A DNA stretch of 64,000 nt from an uncultured archaeon (GTDB lineage Archaea; Aenigmatarchaeota; Aenigmatarchaeia; PWEA01; JAGHBM01), in the NCBI GenBank assembly GCA_964584335.1, contig CAZOZN010000002.1:34974-98973 (forward strand), written 5' to 3'. Both the position numbers and the translations under genes were made by a program. A model generated the notes under the pieces. That model was given only the letters and a program-made list of their open reading frames with translations, made no database searches and was not told where the DNA came from. This document shows, in pieces, positions 9,108-19,592 of this stretch (position 1 is the first letter of the stretch; every line of letters starts with the position of its first letter).

Positions 9108-10580
9108 ATGGAAAATTTTAAAATTCTATTAAAAAAGTTTGTAGAAGAAAGAGGTCTAGTTAAATTTCAGATAGAAAGCTATAACAATTTCGTAGAAAGC
9201 AAGCTTCAAAAAATATTTGATGAAATAGGAGAAATAAAACCAGAAAGTGATAGGTTAAGGGAATTTAAGGTAAAGCTAGGTTCGGTAAGGCTTGGCGTAC
9301 CAAGTGTAAAAGAATCAGACGGGTCAATGAGAGAAATACTTCCAGCAGAAGCAAGGCTTAGAAATCTGACATATTCTGCTCCGCTTTTCCTAGAAATGAC
9401 ACCTGTAATCGGAAATAACGAACAGGAAACAAGCGAAGTAAAAATAGGTAACATACCAATAATGCTAAAAAGTAACTTATGCCCGTTAAAAAAAATGAAC
9501 AGAGAGGAATTAATTAAAGCCAAGGAAGACCCAGATGAACCAGGCGGGTACTTTATAATAAACGGAACTGAAAGAGTATTAACATTAATAGAAGAAATTA
9601 CACCCAACAAAGTTATTCTAGAAATGAAAAAAGGAGAGGCGAACGGGAGAATAACAAGCGAAAGAAGGGGTTGGGGACAAAAACACAATCTTATTAGAAA
9701 AAAAGACGGTATACTAGAAATATCCTTTGCTAGCCTAAAAGGATTTTCTCTTATAGTTTTACTAAGAGCTTTGGGTCTTAGCAGCGACAAAGAGATAATA
9801 GAAACAATAAATGCAAAAGAAGAATACAATGAAGAACTTTATGTTAATATATATGAAACAGACATAAGTAGCACCGAAGAAGCACTTGAATATATAGGAA
9901 AGAAAATGAAAGTTTTTCAAAAAGAATATAGAAAAGAAAGAGCTGAACAAATAATAGATAAATATTTACTTCCTCATATAGGTCAGGAACCCGAAGATAG
10001 AATAAAGAAGTCAAAATATTTATCAAGAATAGGTTTAAATCTCATAAAGCTTGCCCACGGTGAAATAGAAGAAGATGATATAGACCATTACAGCAACAAA
10101 AGACTAAAAACTGCCGGAGATTTAATGGAAATACTTATAAGAAGCATACTTTTAGGTAAGTGGGGATTAATAGAAAGGATAAATTATAACTATAAAAAAA
10201 TTGCAAAGAGAGGTAAAATACCTTCTGTATCCACGGTTGTAGAAAGTAACGTATTGACTAGCCAAATAAACTCATCATTGGCTACAGGAATGTGGGTAGG
10301 AGGAAGAACCGGTGTTAGCCAGAGACTGGAAAGAACAAATTTCACTAGGTCTTTGGCACACTTAAGAAACATAATATCACCTCTATCAACGACACAAGAA
10401 CATTTTAAGGCAAGAGAATTGCATTCAACACACTGGGGCAGAATCGATCCATCGGAAACCCCAGAAGGTCCTACAATAGGATTGAGAAAATACATGGCAA
10501 TGATGGCAGAAATAACAAATGGCATCGACCCTGAAAAAAGTGAATTGATAATTAAAAATTTAAAAACAAAAATAAGTTGA
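9108..10580 (+). CDS. rpoB2: RNA polymerase subunit B''
   Basis: EARLRNLTYSAP, GGYFIINGTER, ETPEG. Confidence 0.96.
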   Translation: MENFKILLKKFVEERGLVKFQIESYNNFVESKLQKIFDEIGEIKPESDRLREFKVKLGSVRLGVPSVKESDGSMREILPAEARLRNLTYSAPLFLEMTPVIGNNEQETSEVKIGNIPIMLKSNLCPLKKMNREELIKAKEDPDEPGGYFIINGTERVLTLIEEITPNKVILEMKKGEANGRITSERRGWGQKHNLIRKKDGILEISFASLKGFSLIVLLRALGLSSDKEIIETINAKEEYNEELYVNIYETDISSTEEALEYIGKKMKVFQKEYRKERAEQIIDKYLLPHIGQEPEDRIKKSKYLSRIGLNLIKLAHGEIEEDDIDHYSNKRLKTAGDLMEILIRSILLGKWGLIERINYNYKKIAKRGKIPSVSTVVESNVLTSQINSSLATGMWVGGRTGVSQRLERTNFTRSLAHLRNIISPLSTTQEHFKARELHSTHWGRIDPSETPEGPTIGLRKYMAMMAEITNGIDPEKSELIIKNLKTKIS

Positions 10581-10585
10581 TATCT

Positions 10586-12376
10586 ATGACTAATGTATTT
10601 TTAAACTGGTCTTTAATTGGTGAAGTAAAAACCCCAAAGAGTCTTGTGAATGAGATAAGAAAAAAAAGAAGAACTGGGAAAATATCAAAAGAAGTTAACG
10701 TATCTTACGACGAAGAACTTGATGAAGTAATAATAAATAACAGTGGCGGCAGAATTAGAAGACCGTTAATAGTAGTAAAAAACGGCACATCTTTGTTGAA
10801 GAAGAGTCATTTAAAGGACCTAGAATCAGGTAAAATAACATTTGAAGATTTGATTAAGAATGGTATAATAGAATATCTTGACTGTGACGAAGAAGAAGAC
10901 TCTTACATAGCACTTTGGCCAGAGGACTTAACAAAAGAACACACACATCTTGAAATAAATCCACTTATAATGTTTGGCTTATCTTCTTCCTTAATACCCT
11001 ACGGAGAATATGACCGTGGTGACAGGGTAAATTTTGGTGCAAAAATGATTGGTCAAAGTCTAGGATTTTATAGTTCAAGTTTTAGAAAAAGAACAGACAC
11101 AAAATCAAACATACTGCTTTACCCGCAAGTTCCTCTTGTAACTTCATCTACTTACGATATATTTGACTTAGACAAACACCCATCAGGACAAAATGTTGTA
11201 ATAGCACTTCTGACATACGGCGGTTACAACATAGAAGACGCTGTAATAGTAAACAAGGGGAGTATAGAAAGAGGTCTTGGGAGGTCTTTCTTCTTCCGCA
11301 CATACAATATAGAAGAAACAAGGTACGGAGGAGGTCAAATAGACGAGATAAAGATACCAGAAAAAGATGTAAGGGGTTACAGGTCAGAGAGTGCATATTC
11401 TATGTTATCGGAGGATGGTTTAATACATCCAGAAAGAAACGTAGCGGATGGAAGTGTTCTTGTAGGAAAAACTTCACCTCTAAGATTTCTTAACAGAGGA
11501 GAATTCTTAACTGGAATACAAAACAGAAGAGAAACCTCACTCGTATTGAGACATGGAGAAAAAGGAAAGGTAGATAAAGTTTTAATATCAGAAACAAACA
11601 ATGGTGACAAAACGGTAAAGGTTACTGTTAGAGATTTGAGAGTACCTGAACTGGGAGATAAATTTGCATCAAGGCATGGTCAGAAAGGAGTTATAGGTTT
11701 AATAAGACCTGAAGAAGATATGCCTTTCACATCAGGAGGAATAACACCAGATATAATAATGAATCCTCATTCAATTCCATCGAGGCTTACGGTAGGGCAG
11801 CTTCTGGAAATGATATCAGGAAAAGTGGCCGCACTAGAAGGCAGGAAAACAAACGCTACAATGTTTAATGGAGAAAAAGAAGAAGACCTGAGAAAAACAC
11901 TGAAAAAAGCTGGATTCAAGGAAGATGGAAAAGAAATATTATACAACGGTATTACCGGAGAAAAGATGGAAGTAGAGATATATGTAGGTATGATATACTA
12001 TCAAAAACTTGAACATATGGTAGCAAACAAAATACATGCCAGGTCAAGAGGTCCGGTAACGCTTCTAACAAAACAACCCACAGAAGGTAGAGCCAACGAG
12101 GGTGGTCTGAGATTCGGAGAAATGGAAAAAGACTGTCTGATGGCACACGGAACTCCTCTACTTTTGAAGGAAAGATTTTCATCAGACGACTCGATAATAC
12201 CTGTATGTGAAAAATGCGGAGGCGTAGCTGTTTATGATTGGAGAAAAAACAAACACTTCTGTCCCCTATGCAAGAAAACCAAGATAAAAGAAATAAAAAT
12301 GAGTTATGCTTTCAAGCTTATGTTAGATGAATTAAAATCTCTTATGATAATGCCAAAATTATATGTAGGTGAATAA
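10586..12376 (+). CDS. rpoB1: RNA polymerase subunit B'
   Basis: GDKFASRHGQKG, GGLRFGEMEKD, C-terminal zinc finger. Confidence 0.97.
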   Translation: MTNVFLNWSLIGEVKTPKSLVNEIRKKRRTGKISKEVNVSYDEELDEVIINNSGGRIRRPLIVVKNGTSLLKKSHLKDLESGKITFEDLIKNGIIEYLDCDEEEDSYIALWPEDLTKEHTHLEINPLIMFGLSSSLIPYGEYDRGDRVNFGAKMIGQSLGFYSSSFRKRTDTKSNILLYPQVPLVTSSTYDIFDLDKHPSGQNVVIALLTYGGYNIEDAVIVNKGSIERGLGRSFFFRTYNIEETRYGGGQIDEIKIPEKDVRGYRSESAYSMLSEDGLIHPERNVADGSVLVGKTSPLRFLNRGEFLTGIQNRRETSLVLRHGEKGKVDKVLISETNNGDKTVKVTVRDLRVPELGDKFASRHGQKGVIGLIRPEEDMPFTSGGITPDIIMNPHSIPSRLTVGQLLEMISGKVAALEGRKTNATMFNGEKEEDLRKTLKKAGFKEDGKEILYNGITGEKMEVEIYVGMIYYQKLEHMVANKIHARSRGPVTLLTKQPTEGRANEGGLRFGEMEKDCLMAHGTPLLLKERFSSDDSIIPVCEKCGGVAVYDWRKNKHFCPLCKKTKIKEIKMSYAFKLMLDELKSLMIMPKLYVGE

Positions 12377-14906
12377 AATGATAGAAAAGGTAAAAGCAAT
12401 TGGATTTGGTCTTCTGTCCCCTAAAGTATTGAGAAAAATATCTACGGTAGAAATAAACAGATACGACCTTTACGACAGAGACGGCTATCCTGTAGAAGGA
12501 GGTATAATGGACTCAAGGCTTGGTGTTGTAGACCCTGGAATGAGATGCAAGATATGCGGCGGCGGTGTAGGAACTTGTATGGGACATTTTGGTTATATAG
12601 AATTAGCAAGACCTGTTATTCATGTGAGATATGTAAAAACTATTTACAAATTACTAAGAGCAACCTGCCAGGATTGTGGAAGGGTTCTAGAGTCAAAAGA
12701 AGATGTAAAACTAAGAAAAAGACCTCTTTATGAACTTTATTTGGCAAAGAAAAAGAAATGCCCGCATTGCGGAGCAGAACAGGAACCAATAAGGCTAAAC
12801 AAGCCATATAATTTTACAATAGACAAGAAACCACTCACGCCTCTTAGAATAAGAGAATGGATGGAAAAAATAAACGATAAAGACCTAAAGCTTTTAGATA
12901 TGAACGGGGGGAGGCCAGAATGGCTTATAATTACAATTCTACCAGTACCTCCGGTAACAGTAAGACCTTCAATAACACTTGAAACTGGAGAAAGGTCGGA
13001 AGACGATTTGACACATAAGCTAGTTGATATTATAAGAATAAACGGAAGGTTAAAAGACAACATAACAATAGGTGCTCCTGATTTCATAATAGACGATTTG
13101 TGGGAGTTGCTTCAATATCATGTATCAACTTTATTCAACAACAATCTTTCAGGCGTGCCTCAAGCAAGGCATAGAAGTGGAAGAGCACTCAGGACACTAT
13201 CACAAAGACTAAAAGGAAAAGAAGGCAGGTTCAGGAATAATCTATCTGGGAAAAGAGTTAACTTTTCTTCAAGGACTGTAATATCTCCGGACCCAAACAT
13301 AAGTATAAACGAAGTGGGGGTTCCAATAAAAATAGCAAAGGAACTTACAGTACCGATAACTGTAAATGACAGAAACATTTCCACTCTAAGAGCTATGATA
13401 AGAAGAGGTCCTGATGCTATAGACGGAGCTAATTATGTAGTAAGGCCTGACAAAAGAAAGAAGAAAATAACAAGTGAAAATTGCGATGAGATAGCAGAGG
13501 AAATAGAAAAAGGCTATATTGTAGAGAGGCATTTGAAGGATGGTGATGTTGTAATATTTAACAGACAACCATCTTTGCACAGAATGAGTATAATGGCACA
13601 TAAAGTCAGGTTAACTCCATGGAGAACGTTTACATTGAACCTGTGTGATTGTGCACCTTATAACGCAGACTTTGACGGAGATGAAATGAACCTTCATGTA
13701 CCGCAAACCGTAGAAGCTTCAACAGAGGCAGAAATGTTGATGCTCGCAGAAAAAAATATAAGAAGTCCCAGATTCGGTGGCCCTATAATAGGATGTATAG
13801 AAGACCATGTATCGGGAAATTACATGCTTACCAAAAAATCAACAAAAATAAACAAAGAAGATGCAATACAATTACTCTCAAACATAGGAGTAGAAGTAAA
13901 AATTAAAAAAGAAATATCAGGAAAAGAATTGTTCAGCCATCTTTTACCAAAAGACCTTAACATAAAATTCAAGAGCAACGGTTGTAAAGGTTGTGATAAG
14001 TGTGAAAAAGAGAAATGCCCCTACGACCTTTTTGTTTCAATAAAAAATGGTAAACTAAAAACAGGTGTAATAGATTCAAAGTCGTTAGGAAAAGAAAAGG
14101 GATTGCTTTTAGACTACATAGAAAGAAATTATGGAAGCGAAGAAACAAGAATTTTCTTGGACAGGGTTTCCAAATTAGGAATAACTTTCCTAATGAGCAA
14201 AGGATTTACTATAGGTATATCAGACCAAGATATACCAAAAGAAGCAAAGAAAAAAATAAACAAAGTTGTTAAGGATGTAGAAAAAGAATGTATGGATTTA
14301 ATAGAAAAATACAGAAAAAAAGAATTAGAACACTTGCCTGGACAAACTCTTAAAGAAAGTCTTGAAACTTACATCATGAAAGCATTAAGAAAGGTTGTAG
14401 ACAAGGCTTCCGATGTAATATCAGACACTCTCTCTGAAAACTGCGCTGTTATAATGGCAAAATCAGGAGCAAGAGGCAGCATGTTGAATCTTACTCAGCT
14501 GGCAGGTTGTATAGGACAACAAACGCTTCAAGGAGAAAGAATACACAGGGGATATAAAAAGAGAACCCTGCCTCACTTCAAGAAAGGAGAACTTTCTCCG
14601 CAATCAAGAGGATTCGTGCCAACATCATTCAAAGACGGTTTAAATCCGTTCGAATTTTTCTTTAATGCAATGAATGGAAGAGAAGGTCTTATGGATAAAT
14701 CACTTAGAACAAGAAAATCTGGTTACATGGAAAGAAGACTCGTTAACGCTCTGCAGGACTTGAAGATAGAATATGACTACACAGTAAGAGACGATTGGGG
14801 AAGAATAGTACAGTTCCATGTAGCAGAAGATGGTTTGGATCCCTCAAAAACAGAATGGGGTTCATTAAATATAAGAAAAATAATTGAATCTGAGATGGGT
14901 GATTAA
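12369..14906 (+). CDS. rpoA1: RNA polymerase subunit A'
   Basis: YNADFDGDEMN catalytic motif. Confidence 0.98.
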   Translation: MNKMIEKVKAIGFGLLSPKVLRKISTVEINRYDLYDRDGYPVEGGIMDSRLGVVDPGMRCKICGGGVGTCMGHFGYIELARPVIHVRYVKTIYKLLRATCQDCGRVLESKEDVKLRKRPLYELYLAKKKKCPHCGAEQEPIRLNKPYNFTIDKKPLTPLRIREWMEKINDKDLKLLDMNGGRPEWLIITILPVPPVTVRPSITLETGERSEDDLTHKLVDIIRINGRLKDNITIGAPDFIIDDLWELLQYHVSTLFNNNLSGVPQARHRSGRALRTLSQRLKGKEGRFRNNLSGKRVNFSSRTVISPDPNISINEVGVPIKIAKELTVPITVNDRNISTLRAMIRRGPDAIDGANYVVRPDKRKKKITSENCDEIAEEIEKGYIVERHLKDGDVVIFNRQPSLHRMSIMAHKVRLTPWRTFTLNLCDCAPYNADFDGDEMNLHVPQTVEASTEAEMLMLAEKNIRSPRFGGPIIGCIEDHVSGNYMLTKKSTKINKEDAIQLLSNIGVEVKIKKEISGKELFSHLLPKDLNIKFKSNGCKGCDKCEKEKCPYDLFVSIKNGKLKTGVIDSKSLGKEKGLLLDYIERNYGSEETRIFLDRVSKLGITFLMSKGFTIGISDQDIPKEAKKKINKVVKDVEKECMDLIEKYRKKELEHLPGQTLKESLETYIMKALRKVVDKASDVISDTLSENCAVIMAKSGARGSMLNLTQLAGCIGQQTLQGERIHRGYKKRTLPHFKKGELSPQSRGFVPTSFKDGLNPFEFFFNAMNGREGLMDKSLRTRKSGYMERRLVNALQDLKIEYDYTVRDDWGRIVQFHVAEDGLDPSKTEWGSLNIRKIIESEMGD

Positions 14907-16046
14907 ATGAATTATAAAGAAATCATATCAAAATCTATTTTATCTGAAAAAATGAAAGAAGAAACAGAAAGTTATTTCAATGAATATAAACCAACTGAAA
15001 AACAAGCAAAAGATATAATGGAGAAAATAGAAAAAAACTACAAAAAAATGAAATATGTTCCAGGAGAGGCGGTTGGTATTATAGCAGCACAATCGATATC
15101 AGAACCTGCCACTCAGATGACTATGCGTACATACCACACGGCTGGTTCTGTGGTTAAACAGGTTTCTTTGGGTCTTCCCAGATTAATAGAAATAGTAGAT
15201 GCCAGAAGGGAAGCCAAAACACCTATAATGCAAATATACCTAAAAGAAGAAAACAATACAAAGGAAAACGCTAAAAAAATAGCAAAAAAGATAAAGGAAA
15301 CCAAAATCAAAAGCATAATAATAGAAGACATAATAGATTTGGTAAATTTGGTAATAGAAATAAAGGTTGATGATAAAAAATTAAAAGACTTGGAAATAGA
15401 ATTAGAAGAAATAAAGAACATAATAAACAAGAAAATAAAAAATTACGAAGTAAATATAGAAAAGAATAAAATAGAGTTAAAGTCGAAAAAAGAAAACGTA
15501 ACGATAAAAGACCTTCAAAAAACTAAGCTTAAATTATTTGACATAAGATTAAGAGGAATATCAGGCATAGAACAGGCAATGGTAACGAAAGAAAGTAGTG
15601 AATGGGTAATAACTACCATAGGCTCAAATATTAAGAAAACTATAAAGATAGAAGGAATAGATAAAGGAAGATTATATTCAAATAATATAAAAGAAATAGA
15701 AAAACTTTTTGGAATAGAGGCCGCAAGAAATGCAATAATAAAAGAATCCTGCGATACACTTGCAGACCAAGGTTTGTCAGTTGACCCCAGACATATCATA
15801 CTTGTTGGTGATATCATGACTATAACAGGAAAGATAATGGCAATAGGAAGATACGGTATAGCAGGAAATAAAAGGTCTGTCTTGGCAAGAGCTAACTTCG
15901 AGACTACAGTAAAGCATTTGACAGAAGCTGCGGTTAGTGGTAATATAGATCACATGGATTCAATAATAGAAAACATACTAATAAACCAAGTACCTCCTAT
16001 AGGAACCTGCATATGCGACACTACATTTAAATCTAAAAAGAGTTGA
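14907..16046 (+). CDS. rpoA2: RNA polymerase subunit A''
   Basis: [26 protein letters not shown]. Confidence 0.97.
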   Translation: MNYKEIISKSILSEKMKEETESYFNEYKPTEKQAKDIMEKIEKNYKKMKYVPGEAVGIIAAQSISEPATQMTMRTYHTAGSVVKQVSLGLPRLIEIVDARREAKTPIMQIYLKEENNTKENAKKIAKKIKETKIKSIIIEDIIDLVNLVIEIKVDDKKLKDLEIELEEIKNIINKKIKNYEVNIEKNKIELKSKKENVTIKDLQKTKLKLFDIRLRGISGIEQAMVTKESSEWVITTIGSNIKKTIKIEGIDKGRLYSNNIKEIEKLFGIEAARNAIIKESCDTLADQGLSVDPRHIILVGDIMTITGKIMAIGRYGIAGNKRSVLARANFETTVKHLTEAAVSGNIDHMDSIIENILINQVPPIGTCICDTTFKSKKS

Positions 16047-16050
16047 TTTT

Positions 16051-16299
16051 ATGGACAAAATAAATGAAAATGAAATAAAAAAATTTATAAAGGAAAGGGA
16101 GTATCTGTGCGGTTATAAGCAGGCAAAAAAGGCGCTAAAAGACGGTAAAGCGGAAAAAATAATAATTGCAGGTAAGAGTATCGGTAAAGAGGAATTTAAA
16201 GATTCTTTAATATTCGAAGGTAATTCTAAACAACTTGGGATAGCATGCAACAAACCATTCAGCATTTCAGTATTAACAATTTTAAAAGAAAGTAGATAA
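16051..16299 (+). CDS. rpl30e: 50S ribosomal protein L30e (short)
   Basis: L7Ae-family LGIACNKPF motif; position after rpoA2. Confidence 0.85.
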   Translation: MDKINENEIKKFIKEREYLCGYKQAKKALKDGKAEKIIIAGKSIGKEEFKDSLIFEGNSKQLGIACNKPFSISVLTILKESR

Positions 16300-16300
16300 T

Positions 16301-16705
16301 ATGATAAAAAGTTTCGACATGCAAACAATTGGTCTAATAAACACTTTTGAAAAAAATACAAAAGTATCTGTACTTGATTGTATATTCGATGAAAAGAATA
16401 TATATTTTCTTGTGGAGTTTGGCAAAGCCGGTAAAGCTATAGGAAAAAATGGAAAAAACATAAAAAAAATGCAAAATAGCTTAAAAAAGCAAATAAAGGT
16501 ATTCGAGTATAACAAAAAACCAAAAAAGTTCATAGAGAACATGATACCAAACAGCTCAGTAGAAATAAAAGATTCAGCAAAAGCATCGGTAAAAATAGAC
16601 CCAAAAGAAAAAGGAAAAATAATAGGAAGAATGGGTTGTAATATAAACAAAATAAGAGAACTATTGAAAAGAAATTCAGAAATAAAGACACTTGAAATAA
16701 AGTAA
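16301..16705 (+). CDS. nusA: Archaeal NusA (two KH domains)
   Basis: GKAIGKNG and GKIIGRMG KH motifs; operon position. Confidence 0.9.
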   Translation: MIKSFDMQTIGLINTFEKNTKVSVLDCIFDEKNIYFLVEFGKAGKAIGKNGKNIKKMQNSLKKQIKVFEYNKKPKKFIENMIPNSSVEIKDSAKASVKIDPKEKGKIIGRMGCNINKIRELLKRNSEIKTLEIK

Positions 16706-16745
16706 TATTTTAATATATTCTTATAAAAATAGTATAGAAATAATT

Positions 16746-16904
16746 GGGCCCATAGCTCAGCCTGGTAGAGCACTCGGCTCTTAACCGAGTTGTCGAGGGT
16801 TCGAATGAGCCTTTCTTCAAAAGAAAGCCTCAAGGGAAAGAACTTGGAAAACTCTCTGAGTTTTCCCATGCTTAAATCCTAAGAAAATCCCTCTGGGCCC
16901 GCCA
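16746..16904 (+). tRNA. tRNA-Lys(CUU) with 82-nt T-loop intron 16806-16887 (59/60)
   Basis: Intact CTCGG-CTCTTAA-CCGAG; GAGGG-TTCGAA^T-CCCTC restored by removing the insert. Confidence 0.9.
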
Positions 16905-16908
16905 TTTT

Positions 16909-17442
16909 TCAAAATTCAAACTCTTCTAGCTGACAATTGCATATATCAAGGTTCCATATTTCTTGGTCAGAAAGTTTCTTTAAAAAACCAATTATTATCT
17001 TAATTGGTTCACCATGTGAAACCAAGAGAACATTTTCATAATTCGAATTCTTCAAATGCTCTAGGAAAGAAAAAACTCTTTCTTTTTCTTCATGGAAAGA
17101 TTCACCATCTCCAATTTTCATATCGAAAACATCTTCCTCAACAGATTTAATAAACTTACTGTATGGTTTTCCTTCCATACCCGTATTTCTATCATCCAAT
17201 CTGGCATCGACTTTAATTGGAGAATCATGATAAATATTGATAAAATCTGCGGTTTCTCTTGTTCTGGGCAAACGAGATACAAAAATAACATCTATCTTTT
17301 TTTCTTTTAATTTCTCAGCAACATCTTTTGCCTGAGATATGCCAAGTTTTGTTAAGTGAACGTCTTTAGATGGGTCAGAATTAACCAAATCCTTTTCTGC
17401 GTTATAATTGGTCTGGCCATGTCTTACAAAATACAATTTCAT
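16909..17442 (-). CDS. Histidine phosphatase (PGM-like) family protein
   Basis: LYFVRHGQT and LLVSHG motifs. Confidence 0.9.
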   Translation of the reverse strand: MKLYFVRHGQTNYNAEKDLVNSDPSKDVHLTKLGISQAKDVAEKLKEKKIDVIFVSRLPRTRETADFINIYHDSPIKVDARLDDRNTGMEGKPYSKFIKSVEEDVFDMKIGDGESFHEEKERVFSFLEHLKNSNYENVLLVSHGEPIKIIIGFLKKLSDQEIWNLDICNCQLEEFEF

Positions 17443-17451
17443 CAGAAACAC

Positions 17452-17709
17452 TTAAATCAAAGTAACATTTTCAACTTCAACCGATGCCACTCCTTTGATA
17501 TCAGAAACAACGTTCTCTATATCATCAGTACCCTGTCCTTCTGCATCTGGTCTTACAACCATTACTCTAAGAGCTTTCAAGCCAAATCCTATGTTTATTT
17601 CTTCCATATCCTCAACAGGAAGCTTATCTTTTATAGAAGTTTTTAAACTATCAATTTCAACTTCGGGTCCTTCTGTATTGACTTTTAAAGATATTGCGAC
17701 TTTACCCAT
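17452..17709 (-). CDS. ef1b: Elongation factor 1-beta
   Basis: MGKVAI.., IGFGLKAL. Confidence 0.92.
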   Translation of the reverse strand: MGKVAISLKVNTEGPEVEIDSLKTSIKDKLPVEDMEEINIGFGLKALRVMVVRPDAEGQGTDDIENVVSDIKGVASVEVENVTLI

Positions 17710-17713
17710 AAAA

Positions 17714-17899
17714 TCATTCTCTTCTCTCTTTTCCAAGTCTTTTAGTTCTCCAGTTTTCCTTATTTATTTTGGTTGATTTTCCAAAACCGCAGGCTGAACA
17801 AAAGCCTTTCCTTCTGTTGAAAGAATGCTTTCCACATCTTCTACATCTTATATGGGTTTTCCTTTGATGTTTACCAAAAGAAGGAGTTCCCTTAGTCAT
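17714..17899 (-). CDS. rpl37e: 50S ribosomal protein L37e
   Basis: [26 protein letters not shown]. Confidence 0.96.
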   Translation of the reverse strand: MTKGTPSFGKHQRKTHIRCRRCGKHSFNRRKGFCSACGFGKSTKINKENWRTKRLGKERRE

Positions 17900-17918
17900 A
17901 AAATCACAATATAAGTTT

Positions 17919-18143
17919 TTACTCTGGGGATATAAAGAGTATGTTGTCTCCTCGTATAACAATGGTACCTAGTTTCGTAGTTTTATCACTGTTTCTTTTT
18001 TCTGCATCCTCAAGCCATAGGTTAAGGTGCAAATCAAAGGCGTTTAAAACTCCTATTATTTCTTCGCCGTTTTTTAGGCTTAAAATTACTCTTTTACCTT
18101 TAGCATTGTTTAATGCATCCAGTGGTCTGCTATCGTCTGTCAT
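17919..18143 (-). CDS. Sm-like archaeal protein (Lsm)
   Basis: [21 protein letters not shown]; upstream of rpl37e. Confidence 0.95.
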   Translation of the reverse strand: MTDDSRPLDALNNAKGKRVILSLKNGEEIIGVLNAFDLHLNLWLEDAEKRNSDKTTKLGTIVIRGDNILFISPE

Positions 18144-18220
18144 ACTCTCTTTTTAATATTTAATATATTTAAAGTTTTTTCCACAAAGATATTTAAATTA
18201 AGGAGTTTAAAGTGATAACT

Positions 18221-18598
18221 ATGAAAATACAAGGAAGAAGCAGAAGGACTTCGACAGGAGCACTTTATCACAGTCATAAAAAGAAGAAAAAATACGAGTC
18301 AGGAAGAGAATTACTTAGAACCAAATTGGAAGAAAGGGTAAGAAAAATAAACTTAGATTCAAGAGGCAATACAAAAAAACTGAGATTAATGTCTTTTAAG
18401 GATGCAAATGTATCAGACCCCAAGGAAAACAAAACATATCTTTTGCCGGTAAAGAACGTATTAGAAAATCCTGCAGATTCCCATCTTGTAAGAAGAAACA
18501 TAATAACAAAAGGAGCAATAATAGAGACTGAAAAAGGTAAAGCAAGAGTAACATCAAGACCTTCTCAAGATGGAACAGTAAATGCAGTTCTTATATGA
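18221..18598 (+). CDS. rps8e: 30S ribosomal protein S8e
   Basis: RRNIITKGAII, VTSRPSQDG.VNAVL. Confidence 0.96.
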   Translation: MKIQGRSRRTSTGALYHSHKKKKKYESGRELLRTKLEERVRKINLDSRGNTKKLRLMSFKDANVSDPKENKTYLLPVKNVLENPADSHLVRRNIITKGAIIETEKGKARVTSRPSQDGTVNAVLI

Positions 18599-18646
18599 TT
18601 TTTCTAAAGAGTAATTTATATTAGTATAGTATTGACTATACTAAAC

Positions 18647-19339
18647 ATGATAAAAGGAGTTATCTTTGATTTGGATAATACTTTAATAGACTTCATGAAA
18701 ATGAAAAAAATTTGTTCTGAGGAAGCGATAACAGCAATGATAGACGCCGGTCTTCCCTTAAAAAAAGAAGAAGGCATAAAAATATTATTCGACCTTTACA
18801 AAAAATATGGAATTGAAAACCAAAAAATATTTCAAGAGTTCTTAAAAAAAACAATAGGAAGAATAGACAAGAAAATTCTTGCAAACGGAATATCAGCATA
18901 CAGAAAAGTAAAGATTGGTTTCATAAAACCTTATCCTAATGTAGTTCCTGTATTAATAGAACTAAAGAGGAGAGGAATAAAAATTGGAATATTATCAGAT
19001 GCCCCAGAACTTCAGGGCTGGATTAGGTTAGCTGATATGAAGATAATTCATTTCTTCGACTTAGTACTGACTTTGGGAGAAACAAAAAAACTAAAACCAT
19101 CAAAAAAACCATTTGAAATGGCACTAAGTAAACTTAAAATAAAGCCAAAAGAGACACTTTTCGTGGGAGAAAATCCAGAAAGAGATATAAAAGGGGCCAA
19201 GTCAGTTGAAATGATTACTGCGCTGGCTCTTTATGGTCTTGACTATAAAAAAAAGTATAAAAAAATAAAGGCAGATTATGAAATAAAAGACGTAAAAGAA
19301 GTAATTAAAATAGTCGATTTGTATGAAAACAAAGATTAA
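18647..19339 (+). CDS. HAD-superfamily hydrolase
   Basis: FDLDNTL, KP and VGE.PERDI motifs. Confidence 0.9.
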   Translation: MIKGVIFDLDNTLIDFMKMKKICSEEAITAMIDAGLPLKKEEGIKILFDLYKKYGIENQKIFQEFLKKTIGRIDKKILANGISAYRKVKIGFIKPYPNVVPVLIELKRRGIKIGILSDAPELQGWIRLADMKIIHFFDLVLTLGETKKLKPSKKPFEMALSKLKIKPKETLFVGENPERDIKGAKSVEMITALALYGLDYKKKYKKIKADYEIKDVKEVIKIVDLYENKD

Positions 19340-19592
19340 CGTTTATGGAAAGGTTCAGGGTGTTTTTTTTAGGTATAACACAAAAAAGGCAGCAGAAAAA
19401 CTAGGGATAAAAGGCTGGGTAAGAAACATTAAAGATGGTAGCGTGGAAATAATAGCAGAAGGAGAAAAAGAAAAAATAAAAGAATTTACAGAATGGATTA
19501 AAAAAAGCCCTGGTTCTTCTGTAGTGAAAAAAATAGACATAAAAGAAGAAAAAACAAAAGAAAAGTTTTCCGGTTTTAGCATCCGCCTGTAG
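19323..19592 (+). CDS. acyP: Acylphosphatase
   Basis: GKVQGVFFR, GWVRN.DGSVE. Confidence 0.95.
   Translation: MKTKINVYGKVQGVFFRYNTKKAAEKLGIKGWVRNIKDGSVEIIAEGEKEKIKEFTEWIKKSPGSSVVKKIDIKEEKTKEKFSGFSIRL

Noticed and set aside
9206-16869. Numerous antisense ORFs rich in F/I/S/L throughout the window
   Set aside because: Shadow frames of A-rich coding strands of well-identified genes
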